Shown: positions 28,460 to 41,000 of the stretch, piece after piece | Position numbering within the stretch: position 1 is the first letter of the stretch | How the letters are laid out: the number at the start of each line of letters is the position of its first letter | Source: Macrostomum lignano | Lineage: Eukaryota | DNA length: 64,000 bases | Direction: 5' to 3' | NCBI GenBank assembly: GCA_002269645.1 | Contig: NIVC01000296.1 | Coordinates: forward strand, 620,001 to 684,000 | Position numbers and translations under genes: made by a program | The notes under the pieces: generated by a model | What the model was told of the DNA's origin: nothing | Seen by the model: the letters and a program-made list of their open reading frames with translations, nothing else | Database searches by the model: none

Positions 28460-30096
28460 TTTGCACCACCCTGTTTGGTTGCCAGGCTTGTACATCACGG
28501 GCACAGGCCCGCCCTGCGCACTGAACTACATATGGTGCCCAAAGCGGGCGACATGCCTGAAGTCCACTCTGGCCTGCAACGGCATCGACGACTGCGGCGA
28601 CAACTCCGACGAAGCCAATTGTGAGTTTTGGCTTTGAGTTGCTGCTTCAGCTGAAAGAGCTCTCGGGTAGATAACGCGTAAATTAAAAAATCAATGAATA
28701 AAAAAATTAGCCAGCGCATGCATAAACTGCTTCGCAGGTCCAGCTGGCATAGACGATGTCTGCACAATCAACTGGATCAGCTGCGGCAACCAGCAGTACA
28801 TCAACCTGGCGAAGCGGTGCGAGCCGTCAGCCTGGTGTTTCGATGGCAGTCACACAGCATTGCCCAGCCAGTGTGAGCTGTTTGTACACCTGGGGTACAC
28901 ATGGGTAGACAGTTGGTCAATAACAAAGTACTCAGAAGAAGAAAACCAATTCCTAGGGGACGGGTCGCAGATCGGGAGTTGACGCGTCTCACTCACGACC
29001 CACGACCCCTGATTCGAATCCGGGCTTGTGTGCCGTTCTCGCCTGTCCAATACAGAGAGTGATACAGAGCATACAGAGAGTGATACAGAGGATACAGAGA
29101 GTGATACAGAGCATACAGAGAGTGATACAGAGGATACAGAGAGTGATACAGAGGATACAGAGAGTGATACAGAGGATACAGAGAGTGATGCAGAGGATAC
29201 AGAGAGTGATACAGAGGATACAGAGAGTGATGCAGAAGATACAGAGAGTGATGCAGAGGATACAGAGAATGATACAGAGGATACAGAGAGTGATACAAAG
29301 GATACAGAGAGTGATACAGAGGATACAGAGAGTGATACAGAGGACACAGAGAGTGATGCAGAGGATACAGAGAGTGATACAGAAGATACAGAGAGTGATA
29401 CAGAGGATACAGAGAGTGATGCAGAGGATACAGAGAGTGATACAGAGGATACAGAGAGTGATACAGAGGATACAGAGAGTGATGCAGAGGATGCAGAGAG
29501 TGATACAGAGGATACAGAGTGTGATACAGAGGATGCAGAGTGACACAGAGGATACAGAGTGTGATACAGAGGATACAGAGAGTGATACAAAGGATACAGA
29601 GAGTGATACAGAGGATACAGAGAGTGATACAGAGGACACAGAGAGTGATACAGAGGATACAGAGAGTGATGCAGAGGATACAGAGAGTGATACAGAGGAT
29701 ACAGAGAGTGATGCAGAGGATACAGAGAGTGATACAGAGGATGCAGAGTGACACAGAGGATACAGAGTGTGATACAGAGGATACAGAGAGTGATACAGAG
29801 GATACAGAGTGTGATACAGAGCATACAGAGAGTGATACAGAGGACCCAGAGAGTGATACAGAGGATACAGAGAGTGATACAGAGGATACAGAGAGTGATG
29901 CAGAGGATACAGAGAGTGATACAGAGGATGCAGAGTGACACAGAGGATACAGAGTGTGATACAGAGGATACAGAGAGTGATACAGAGGATACAGAGTGTG
30001 ATACAGAGCATACAGAGAGTGATACAGAGGATACAAATTCAACCTAAGCCAACTCGTATTTTTTATTTTCACTTTTCAGGTGCGCCAACTTCTTGA
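24693..30096 (+). CDS. Secreted CUB + six LDL-receptor class A repeat protein (~416 aa); exons 24693-24789, 25165-25409, 25623-25752, 26769-26891, 26977-27099, 27375-27497, 28148-28270, 28486-28620, 28738-28872, 30080-30096
   Basis: Signal peptide [19 protein letters not shown]; CUB (CG..GYLTS..YP..KCTW..RGF); LDLa repeats (CDG..DC.DGSDE.NC), each in a phase-1 exon. All junctions GT-AG, total 1251 nt; no transmembrane segment seen. Confidence 0.85.
25753..26720. repeat. 43-bp minisatellite (~22.5 units) starting at the exon-3 splice donor
   Basis: Exact 43-bp periodicity; source of the 376-aa minus ORF. Confidence 0.97.
27745..28010 (+). mobile_element. Probable tRNA-derived SINE with a CORE-like central domain (family B)
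   Basis: B-box-like GTTTCGATTC followed by GCAAGACACTTAACTCTG..CTGTAAAATGGG, resembling the CORE motif GCAAGTCACTTAACCTC..CTGTAAAATGGG. Confidence 0.55.
28285..28459. repeat. (GACA)n microsatellite
   Basis: Tetramer array filling intron 7 of the CUB-LDLa gene. Confidence 0.95.
29050..30035. repeat. 21-bp minisatellite (GATACAGAGGATACAGAGAGT)n
   Basis: Tandem repeat; source of the SDTEDTE and IQRVIQR ORFs. Confidence 0.96.
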
Positions 30097-30944
30097 TTCC
30101 AAAATTCTGGCTCACTACGCTTTAACCCTAAAGATTAGGCTGATAATGCTTACAGAGATTCATTTATTCAAACAAACAATTGAAAGATTTAATTTATAAC
30201 GCATGAAACATTGCTTTTTTTATGATCCATGTGATCGACTAAATTTCAATGCAGAATTCTGTAATTTTCTCTTTCGGTGCAAGTGTCACAACATTATTTA
30301 ATATTTTCATACGATTTTTACTTTGAATTAAAAGTGACATTCTGTCAGTAAAATTATCAGTAAAATTGCGTAATTTATCTTTATGAGTAGTATATTGAGT
30401 GTAAAGGTAGAACTGATAGCTCGTAATGTCTAAACTGTACATGAAAATCCGAGTGTTGAGTGCTAATAAATGCTGTCCATTATAACAGATTTAAACGCTA
30501 AAATATTATTTTTTATTGCGTAACGAGCTGGAACGTTCGTTTTGTCAGCTTTGTGTCAGAGGGTCAGTTTGGTCAGAGCATCCTGAAGCATCCCTTGTCG
30601 TCCACCTGAAGCATGGGCAGCTCAAGCGTCTGGCATAAGAACATGAGCTGGCTAGCCTCAAGGGCCTTGGGCGGTGCTTCTCCTTCCCTCTCTCTCGTCC
30701 CTCCCCGCTCTGAGTTTGGCTCACAAGACAGTCCCTTACTGCCAGACCCACCACGGCCAGACGGGTTTTGTAAAGTTAATAAACCATCAGCAAGGCCATC
30801 AGTCAGTTACCACCGGCCGGGCGTCAGCCTCTGCCGCAAAAAACCAATTGTAAGTGCGTTGTACCGTCTTCTGTCATTCGTTTGCCAGGGCGGGGGGGAA
30901 TTGAAGGTCCGAGTGTGACCTGTCCTTTCCTAAAGTACGTTCGT

Positions 30945-33900
30945 AACAGACAGCACTGTGTGTTAGCAAGGCATCAAACTCAATAATTAACAGACAGCAT
31001 TCTGTGTCAGCAAGGCATCAAACTCAATAATTAACAGACAGCATTCTGTGTCAGCAAGGCATCAAACTCAATAATTAACAGACAGCATTCTGTGTCAGCA
31101 AGGCATCAAACTCAATAATTAACAGACAGCATTCTGTGTCAGCAGGGCATCAAACTCAATAATTAACAGACAGCATTCTGTGTTAGCAAGGCATCAAACT
31201 CAATAATTAACAGACAGCATTCTGTGTTAGCAAGGCATCAAACTCAATAATTAACAGACAGCATTCTGTGTCAGCAAGGCATCAAACTCAATAATTAACA
31301 GACAGCATTCTGTGTCAGCAAGGCATCAAACTCAATAATTAACAGACAGCTTTGACTCAGCTGCAGGGTGGTCCGTAGACAGCGGGGAGGCGAGGGTCGC
31401 CCATTCCGCTAGCCCCTGAAGGCCCGCAGACAGGCAGAGGCGTGGGGCCGGTCAGGGTGGTCCGCCGGTCCGTCCTGCAGCGTGATCTTGCGTGGGGAAG
31501 AAAGTGGCTCGTCTTGTCGCCCGAAGGAACTGGATGAGCCGTGGGGTGCTGTCGGGCTGGCAGACCTCGTCAATGGACGGGTTCGGCTCGAGGTAGCGTA
31601 GCCAGTCTCTGGTAAAGAAAGGGCAGTGACAAACAAAGTGCTGAGCATCTTCATTGTCGTACTCGCAAAAAGGGTAAAGTTCACTTTCGAGGTCGCCTCG
31701 GAGGAAGCGTTGCCTGGCGAGGTAGCCATGACCGGTAAAGGTAATGACGAGGGCTCGGATATCCTTCCGATTTTGGTTCAGAAGGACGTTTCTGAGCCTG
31801 TGAGAGGGGCACGGAACCCCGGCACGAGATTGCCGGCAGTTTTGGGTGCCCGCCCATCTGTCTCTGTGGAGGGAGTCAGCCCAGTCATCGTTCTGACGAT
31901 TGATGACTGTCGAAGGGATAGGGACCAGGGGAGCAGGGCCAAAGCAAGAGCCAGAGCCGCCCCTCTTGGCGAGGGTGTCTGCCAGCTCGTTCCCCGGAAA
32001 CCCTGCGTGCCCTGGGATCCACTTCAGCCTGACAGTATTGCTACTGGCCAGGAGGTTGAGCTGCCGGACGCAGTCGGCGACTGTCCGGGAGTTCGTTGTG
32101 GTGTGGCACAGGGCCTGTAAGGCCGCTTGGCTATCAGAGTGGATGACAATAGTCTCTCCTGCAGCGCAGGAGCTGATGGCAAGGACTTCGTTCTGGAAGA
32201 CTGTGGAGAGTCTGCGAGTGCGCTGGGCATGCGTGGCAATGACGCGGCCGTTGATGATGATGCAGACCCCAAAGCCGGAATGGCCGTCTTTGATGGATCC
32301 GTCCGTGTAGCAATGGACCTCCTGGAAATTCCAGTGGTCATTAGCAGCATCCCTAGAGGGGATGGTGACCTTGTAGCGCTGAAAGAGGTTGAGAGTGCGG
32401 GGTTCGCCGTCAGGTAAGACGTGGAGCCCGCCGCTTTCTCTCAAGTCTTTTAGGCAGAGATCGGCGTGAGGCAGGAGCTTGCGCTTAGCCATGGCCCTAT
32501 GGAGCAGGATACGAATGCCAGAGTCAATCAGACGGCGGGCAGTCTTGGCCGCTTCCCTGCGAACGAAGATGTCCAGCGGGGGAATGTTGAGGAAGGCGTT
32601 GAGGCCATCGTAAGGAGCAGACGGGGGGCGCTCATGATCATGCGGCATGCGCACCCTTGCGCTCTCCTGAGAGCCTCCAGGCAGGTCTTCATCTGTAGGG
32701 CGCTAGCCCAGATCAGGCCGCCATACGAGATAGCAGGCCTAACCATTGCAGTGTAGATCCACCAGAAGCGCTTGGGGGTGAGCCCCCAGGTGGTGCCGAC
32801 AACCCTGCGCAGTTGCACGAGGACTGCGAGGGCCCTCTTGGCTTTTGCTTAAACGTGGGGTGACCAGTTCAGCCTGTGGTCCAGGGTAATACCCAGACAT
32901 TTAGTCTGCTTGCAGAAGGGGATTTCCCTTCCGTAAAGCGTGAGCAGCCGAATCTGCCACTTGGTCCTGCTGGTGAACATGATCGCTGCGGTCTTAGTCT
33001 CAGAGAGCTTTAGACCACAGCGATCCGCCCATTGCTCAGCGGCATAGATAAAATTCTGAAGAAGGTCCCTGAGGGTGTCATGGGACGGACCAGATGCCAC
33101 CGCGGTGACATCGTCCGCATATCCTACTTTCAGAATGGGGTCAGGCCTTGCGGGAAGTGGCGTGGTGCAGGAGCCCGTTGACTTCGAGGTCAGGGTGCAG
33201 CTTTAGCAGGATCTGCCTAAGCTGATCTCCGGACTTAATGGCACTGCCGGCCGGGATCCAGACGCGAAAGCGCTGGGTCTTTTGTCGCTCGCCCTCACTG
33301 GCGAAGACGAGCTTGCCGAGCTTCTTGGGCCAGTTCAACTTTGGCAGAAGCTCGCGTAGACTGCGGCTGCTCTCCTCCGAGTTGCACCATCTGAAGATGC
33401 AGCCGTCGGTCTTGGCAGATTTGACCACGCTCACAGGGCGGCCTGCCTGGAGCTGGTCAATGAGCGCAATGGTGCGCCAGGCACTGTCGAGCTCGTCAGC
33501 CGTGAGGTCTTGCTCTTCACCGAAGACGATGACCGCCGGTTGGAGCTTGACCTTTGAGGCGTAGTTGTTGACGGCGGTTCCCGAAGGCCCTGCCGCGCTG
33601 GTAGCAGGTTTACTGGGTGGCTCACCAGCGGGGGTTGTATCCTAAGGGGCAGGGGTTGCTGTGGTTCCTTTCGGCCCAACAGCAGCCTCGCCCTCCCTAG
33701 GTTCCCCCTCCGCCGGTGGCCGGCCCGCAGTACCCCGTAGTCGCCGTCGCCGCTCGTTGCGGCGCTGGTTGCGGGCACGTCGGGCCTCCGCGGAGGGCCC
33801 GGGTGCGCGTGCGGGCATGTCACCGGACGAGCCGGCGGCGGCCCATCTGCCCCCGGTGGGGCGGCGCTGGCGCCAGAGTCACCGGCCGGAGTTGCCGGGG

Positions 33901-34576
33901 TCCCGGCTTCAGCGGGATTTTTAGAGGCGGAGGATGCCATAGCTGAAAGCGGGAAGGAGTGAGCTGAGTCACAAAAGAAAGGGTGAAAAAGAAAAAGAAA
34001 AGGACCACTAGCGACCGGACAACCCCCCGGCCTTCCAGCCCATCGGCACGGTCAACACCTTAGGCATTAAGGGGTACATTAAGCAGTACCACGGCCTGCA
34101 GGCTGGCAAGCCAGACCCGCATACCCAAATTCGGCCGAAGCCACTGGATGGGTCGCCAGCGTCGGAGCCCAGTCTGTCCAGCAGCCCTAGGGTCTGCCTT
34201 GAACACACGCGGGGACGAGTACCCCTGGGTCGACTTGCGAGACAGCGTGGGGGGGGGGTGGGGGTCTGCGGCTGCCAGCGGCAAATAGAGGGTGCAGACC
34301 TCCCACCAGCCTTTACCTGCTGAAGATGGGGGCAGGCGTGAGGCATCGCAGACCGTAGCCCATAGGCCTGGTCTGTCTCATACTTCACAGGCGTGCTGAA
34401 TACACCTTCGCGTGCATTAACAGACAGCATTCTGTGTCAGCAAGGCATCAAACTCAATAATTAACAGACAGCATTCTGTGTCAGCAAGGCATCAAACTCA
34501 ATAATTAACAGACAGCATTCTGTGTCAGCAAGGCATCAAACTCAATAATTAACAGACAGCATTCTGTGTCAGCAAG
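30945..34576. repeat. 44-bp minisatellite split by a LINE (30945-31350 and 34416-34576)
   Basis: Unit AACAGACAGCATTCTGTGTCAGCAAGGCATCAAACTCAATAATT on both sides of the insertion. Confidence 0.95.
31351..34415 (-). mobile_element. RNase-H-containing non-LTR retrotransposon (I-group, LOA-like), internally deleted, 13-bp TSD
   Basis: 5' UTR, ORF1 fragment, abrupt jump to RT motif GYADD, thumb, RNase H (YTDGS..., WIPGHAGFPGNELADTLAK), C-terminal CCHC remnant. ATTAACAGACAGC at 31338-31350 and 34416-34428. Confidence 0.88.
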
Positions 34577-34616
34577 CGAATCCGACTGCTTCAAGAGCCG
34601 CTCCGCTCCCCCACAG

Positions 34617-37220
34617 CCCATCGCTCTCGCAGTCACGATGAGGCACTCAGGAAGCTGTGCAGCATCAGCTCCGCGGTGCCCGCTCGTTTCCTCGAGCAGA
34701 TCCATGAGCAGATCTGCAGGTGGAGCAGTTAGTTTTAGCGTGTTGAAAATGTACATGTATCTACTATCCTTGCTTGATATGTCTCGACAATAATGTAGAT
34801 AATATTTTAATTGCATATGCAGGTTAAAGCGTTTTCTTTAAGGTCTGCCAAGAAGACTGGCTCGGTCGGGGCCACCTCAATTTGTTGGATATCTTTAAAG
34901 TGAGTTGGAGTTGCCCTTGTGCGAAGGCTCATGAAGCGAGACCTGATTACACTTGCATCCTCGAATTCCTGGTGAGTCACACTGCTAGGGTACGAAGTTC
35001 TGGGGTTATATGATGCTTTCCTTGTCGTCTACCTGAAACATGGGCAGCTCGAGCGTCTGGCATAAGAACTGGCTAGCCTCAAGGTCCACACTTGCACCCG
35101 CCGGGCACAATGCACCCATGATCAAAGAGACCGTCTTTACGGCTAGTCTACATGTAGTTAGCAGACCTTCAATAGGAGTTGAACACCACGAATTCGGCAA
35201 CCACCAATAAATCAGTAGGCGGAATGGCAAGGGGGAGCTCACACTTGAAACCATGTCCGCGGGCCACATGCGGCCCACAAAGCATCTCTATCCGGCCCTC
35301 GGGTCCATTTGAAACTTCTCAGTAACAATCCGGCCCGCTCAAAGTTTGTTTCTCTTCTTAGCTCTCTTCCATCACCTCTCTTCTATCACCTTCCCTCTCC
35401 TCTCCTCTCCTCTCCTCTCCTCTCCTCTCCCTTTTCCTCTTCCTTCCCTTCTCTCTCCTCTCCTCTCCTCTCCTCTCCTCTCCTCTCCATTTTCCTCTTC
35501 CTTCCCTCCTCTCTCCTCTCCTCTCCTCTCTTCTCCTTTATTTCTTTGCCTCTCCTTTCTCTTTTTTCATTTCTCTATTCCCTCTCGATCCTCTCTCCCC
35601 TCCTCTGGCCCGCAGTCATGCGCTGGGTTCTCTACCTGGCCCTGGATGTAAAAAGGTTGTCGACCCATGCTTTAAACGGCTGATTCGTGGAGCTGCCGTG
35701 GAGGACAGAGTGCCGTTGTACTGCAACGGAAATACCAATTTATAGGCTCGTACATCCTTGGTCTAAATCGAATTGAGTTGTCTATGGCAATCCTGAGGCT
35801 TCGAATCGCGAACAGAGCGCTGCCTCAACCCAAGCAACTGCCGCATCTTAGAAAATTTCTTCTTTAACCAGTCAAGTTGCAGTTCATCCGCACCTCTGCA
35901 CTGCTCAAGCTCATGCTGAAGCGCCTCTGGTTCCGGCTGCGTCGGCGCGACGGAAATTCTCGCCGATTATCCACGGCGTCATTTTGTCGACCTCTCCGGA
36001 ATCGCAGCAACCAGAAAGCCGGCAAGGGCGAAGATGCCAAGGACGTCGATCCGGCTTTGGAGACTGAAGTGGATGATGAGGGAAAACCGGGTAGCCAGCC
36101 GCTGCCGCACCCCGCCTATCAGCCAATGCGAGTCGAGCCCGTGCTGGAGCTGCCAGTGCACTACTGGTTCCACGTCTACCTGCACAGCTACGACAGCGAC
36201 CGGCTGCTCACCCCGTTTGTCAGATCAATGATGGAGGACTTTCCTACAGACAGGCGCCTGCTCAGCATCATGAATAGGTGTCTGGTGAGCGTTGCCTCTG
36301 ATAACAAGAATTGCGATAAAACACTCAGCATCCTCAGACATCAGTCAGAATCTCCAAAAACTACTCAGCATCTCCACAAATGACTCAGAATATCCACACA
36401 TCACTCAGCATCTCCACAAACCACTCAGAATCTCCAAAAACTACTCAGAATCTCCACAAATCACTCAGCATTTCCACAAATCATTTAGCATCCCCAGAAG
36501 TCACTCAGCATCTCCACAAATCATTCAGCATTCCTAGAAATCACTCAGCATCTCCACAAATCATTCAGCATTCCTAGAAATCACTCAGAATCCCCACAAA
36601 TCATTCAGCATCCCAGAAATCACTCAGCATTCCCAGAAATCACTCAGCATTCCCAGAAATCACTCAGCATTCCCAGAAATCAATCAGCATTCCCAGAAAT
36701 CACTCAGCATCCCCAGAAATCACTCAGCATTCCCAGAAATCACTCAGCATTCCCAGAAATCACTCAGCATCCCCAGAAATCACTCAGCATCCCCAGAAAT
36801 CACTCAGCATCCCCAGAAATCACTCAGCATCCCCAGAAATCACTCAGCATCCCCAGAAATCACTCAGCATCCCCAGAAATCACTCAGCATCCCCAGAAAT
36901 CACTCAGCATCCCCAGAAATCACTCAGCATCCCCAGAAATCACTCAGCACTCACACCCATCAACTTGAGTTTATTGCTCACTGCTTCAGGTGAGAGTGTC
37001 CCTGGGACAGCTGGAGATGTACAAATCGCTACCACGCTACGTATTCATTCTAAACGGAGCCAACTGGGACTCAATAATTGGTGCCCTGGTCGAGATGGAG
37101 GCGGCCTTCCCCGAGCTGTTGCGGTTCGCCAGTCACCCGCTGCTGGTGGACACTCCGACGCAGCGGTTCTCGACGTCATACTGGCGCCAGACGGCCTTGC
37201 AGACTCGCATGACGAGATGA
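34617..37220 (+). CDS. Unidentified multi-exon gene. Best-supported exons ~35884-36284 and 36990-37220 (TGA); candidate upstream exons ~34617-34718 and 34847-34903, possibly more near 30550-30935
   Basis: GC-rich open frames with in-phase junction CTG|GTGAGC ... TTCAG|GTG; no domain recognised. Confidence 0.5.
35240..35670. mobile_element. Possible hAT-type MITE remnant containing a CT-rich microsatellite (35370-35600)
   Basis: GCGGGCCACATGCGGCCC near the left end and AAAAAGGTTGTCGACCCATG at the right end resemble common hAT MITE subterminal motifs; TIR/TSD not clean. Confidence 0.35.
36330..36950. repeat. 20-bp minisatellite (CCCAGAAATCACTCAGCATC)n
   Basis: Tandem repeat, degenerate at left, homogeneous at right. 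Confidence 0.95.
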
Positions 37221-37960
37221 GTGAGACGTTGAAGTCTCACCTATACGTGTCCTACAAAAGCTTTCTCGTTGCGAAAGGGCCAGAGTTGCAAAAACACAAT
37301 AATATGTTTATTGCACGATGTTGTTTTTTTCGTTGGCTAAGGCCTGTGTTGGAGCTGGTGCGCAGCGCAGAAAGCTAGAAGCATCTTACTTTGTACTAGT
37401 ATATAATTAGTATTTTATTTAGGTAAGAGTTACAAAAACTGCAAGCTAGCAACTGCCCACCCTTTGCACGCATAGAATGTATATGCTTATCTTACTGGTG
37501 TTGTTTTAACTACGAGACTATTTTTCAACTATAATAAACATTATAACTCACAACAGCTAGTACTGCACAATTATAAGTGTCGTGTTTGAATGGAGTCTGT
37601 GTATAGCTTTGAGTCTCAATTATGTTCTATGTTACGCTCGTAGCTGTGTGCTTCATCTTATGCTTTTACTCCCCGCCAACAATGCTACTGACCCCTGCCA
37701 ACAATGCTACTGACCCCTGCCAACAATGCTACTGACCCTGTTGAAAAAGCAATGTAAATTGTATCTATGCTAATTATAGTAACTCGTTAGATTCCCCAAG
37801 TCTTAGAACTTTCTAGAACGATACTGTATAAGTTTGTCTATGCCTAAAACTAAAGCTATTAAATCAGCCTCTGGCTTCATCCTCTCTTAACTTTTCCCTT
37901 TTGCTCGTTGACTAAGAAATATACTCGATCAGCTACACTACTGCGTTTGAAAAGCCAACA

Positions 37961-37990
37961 GGTTATGGGCCCAGCACGCTTCCACTGCGC
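37961..37990 (+). promoter_or_regulatory. Primer-binding site complementary to the 5' half of initiator tRNA-Met (30 nt)
   Basis: GGTTATGGGCCCAGCACGCTTCCACTGCGC is the reverse complement of GCGCAGUGGAAGCGUGCUGGGCCCAUAACC (recalled invertebrate tRNAiMet, from position 10 to the anticodon stem). Confidence 0.9.
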
Positions 37991-38064
37991 ATAAGTGGTA
38001 GCTGATTCAGAGGCCTCGCTCAGACGGAAAATAGGCTTGTTCTCGACACGAACTTTCCGAAGAA

Positions 38065-41000
38065 ATGGCGGATGATAAGTTTCAAGTCGACAAGCTGGGA
38101 AGCGGAAACTGGACTACCTGGAAGATCCAGATTAAGTTCTGTCTTATAGCGAGGAAGCTCTGGGGAGTCGTCGACGGTTCTGTAATTCTCGCAGAGGATG
38201 CCACTCAGGAGCAAGAAAACGATTTTCGAGAGCAGCAACAGAGAGCTGCTGCAGTGATCGTTCTTTCAATCAAGAAAGAGTTAATCTATCTAATAACTTC
38301 GTGTGGCGAAGATCCACATCGTATGTGGCAAGCTCTCCAACAGCACTTCGAACGAGAATCAACTGCGAATAAGATCTATTTGAAGAAACAGCTTTTCCGG
38401 CTGCAGATGAGTGAAGGGACCCGCGTACAGGATCATATACGCCATATGAAGGAGCTGACCGACAAACTAGCCTCTATCAACGCACCCGTCAGTGAAGAGG
38501 ACCAAGTGGTCATGCTGCTCAGCAGCCTGCCTGAGAGCTACTCTACCTTGGTTACTGCCTTGGAAGCTCGCGGTGATGATCTTACACTGCAGATGGTTCA
38601 CCAAGCACTCATCAACGAGGAGCAAAAGCGGAGTGAATTAAGTGAGCGAGGGTCTGGTGGTACACAGGGTGGAGAGTCTGCACTGAAGACCCAAAAAGGC
38701 CAAGGTCTGCCACGTCGTGCTATCAAATGTTTTAATTGCGGAAAGATGGGTCACTTTGCCCGAGACTGTCGTTCAGGAGGAGCGAAAAAGTTCGTCAAGG
38801 ACCAAGGACCTGCACGGTATGTCGCCAAAACAGCCGATGGTGCCGCGACCCGGGACATCGCTGAAACCTCGCTTGATGACTACGGACCTAAAAGTAGCTG
38901 CAACGAGACATTCTTTGTGTCGCCCGCGAAGACCAGCTCTGACATATCCACCTGGATAATTGACTCTGGAGCGTCCTGCCACATGACATACTCTAGAGAG
39001 CTACTAGTCAACTATAAGCAGTTTGGACGACCTGAACGGGTCAGCCTAGGTGATGGTCGAACAGTCGAGGCCTGCGGCAGTGGTCAGGTAAAACTCATTA
39101 TGCTCCTGCCACATGGCAAGCGTTTCAAGACAGCTGTAACAGATGTACTTCTAGTGCCTCAGCTGTCGTGCAATCTGTTTAGTGTTCGAGCAGCAGCAGC
39201 AAAGGATAAAGTGATACAGTTCGGTCACTCTAAATGCTGGATTCGCAACAAGGATGGACTCCTTGTTGGAAAGGGATCTGTTGTTAACAGAATGTACCAG
39301 CTTGACTGTGAAGTAAAATTGCCGGCGAACACTGCGGCAGTAGCAAATTCTGATTCACCAGACACAAGTGCAACTTTATGGCACCAGCGCCTTGGTCATG
39401 TCAATGAACACCAGCTAAATCAAATGAGCAAAGACCAACTCGTGAGTGGCATCCCCAAGTTGCAGACTGCATGTGTAGACTTCTGTGAAGGATGTATCGA
39501 GGGCAAAATGCACTGCAAGCCTCATAGGTCGATTTCCGAAATCCGCTCTACCGAAAGGCTACAACTAATTCACAGCGACATATGCGGTCCTATGCAAACA
39601 GAGTCATTTGGTGGAAACAAGTACTTCGTCACCTTTATTGATGACTACTCACGCTGCGTTAAGGTTTTCTTCATGCGACAAAGGTCAGAAGTGCTTGATA
39701 AGTTTAAGAAGTTTGAGGCCATGGTTACAACAGAAACAGGACTCAATATCAAAGCACTGCGAACTGACGGCGGCGGAGAGTATGCATCAAGCCAATTTAC
39801 AAAATTCCTGGAGCAGAAGGGCATTCGGCATGAGACTACCGTGGCTCATACACCTCAGCAAAATGGCGTTGCTGAACGGATGAATCGCACTCTCGTTGAA
39901 TCAGCCCGCACAATGATGGCCCATGCTGGAGTAAGCAACCAGTTCTGGGCAGAAGCAGTAAACACCGCAGCTTATGTGCGAAATAGAGTCGTGACGACTG
40001 CTCTTACTCCGCAAATGACGCCGTACCAGCGTTGGTATGGGCGCAAACCTAACGTTGGGCACTTTCGTGTTTTCGGCTGCGTAGCCTATGCCCACATACC
40101 AGATGTGAAGCGAAAGAAGCTAGACAAGAAGGCCGAAAAGCTACGGTTCGTTGGCTACAATACGGATGGAAGAAGCTACAGACTGTTTGATGAAAGGTTG
40201 AGAAAGACAGTCATCCGCTACGATGTGGTGTTCAACGAGACTGATTTTGGAACCTCAAAGAATAGAGCAAGAGACAAGGACGCGAGCTGGTTCAACTTGG
40301 AACTTGATGAGCCCAATATGACAGAAGAGACACCAGGTCAAGAACAGGAACAGTCGACAGAAACTGATCAGAAGCGATATCCTCAACGTGAAAGGAGAGC
40401 CCCTGACCGTCTCAAATATGAAGGTGCAAAAGTGGCATCTGAAACCGAACACTTTGCGTTCAGAATGACCGAAATTGTCGAACCGAAAACGATCGACGAA
40501 GCCATGAAAGGTGACTATGCGAAGCAGTGGAAAGCTGCCGCTGACTCAGAATATAATTCTTTGATGGAGAATGAAACCTGGGATCTGGTACGACTACCTG
40601 AAGGACGCAAGGCAATCGGATGTAAATGGATCTTCAAGGTCAAGTATGACGGTGATGGCAAGGTAGATCGTTTTAAGGGAAGACTTGTTGCCAAGGGCTA
40701 TTCACAAAAGTTCGGCATTGATTATGAAGAGACTTTCGCGCCAGTTGTAAAATTCCCATCAGTTCGTGCAATGTTGGCATTAGCGGCTAAACATGGATTA
40801 CACGTTCACCAGATGGACGTTGTAACTGCCTTTTTGAACGGCGAATTGTGCGAAGAAATTTACATGGAGCAGCCACCCGGTTTCGTCAAGCCAGGAGAGG
40901 AAGAGCTGGTCTGCAAGTTAAAGAAGTCGCTTTATGGACTTAAGCAAGCGCCCCGCTGTTGGAACAAAGCCTTTTGCGACTACCTAGCCAGAATTAACTT

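Noticed and set aside
25753-34576. 43- and 44-bp arrays as CRISPR-like repeats
   Set aside because: Units are contiguous with no unique spacers, the context is eukaryotic, and there are no cas genes
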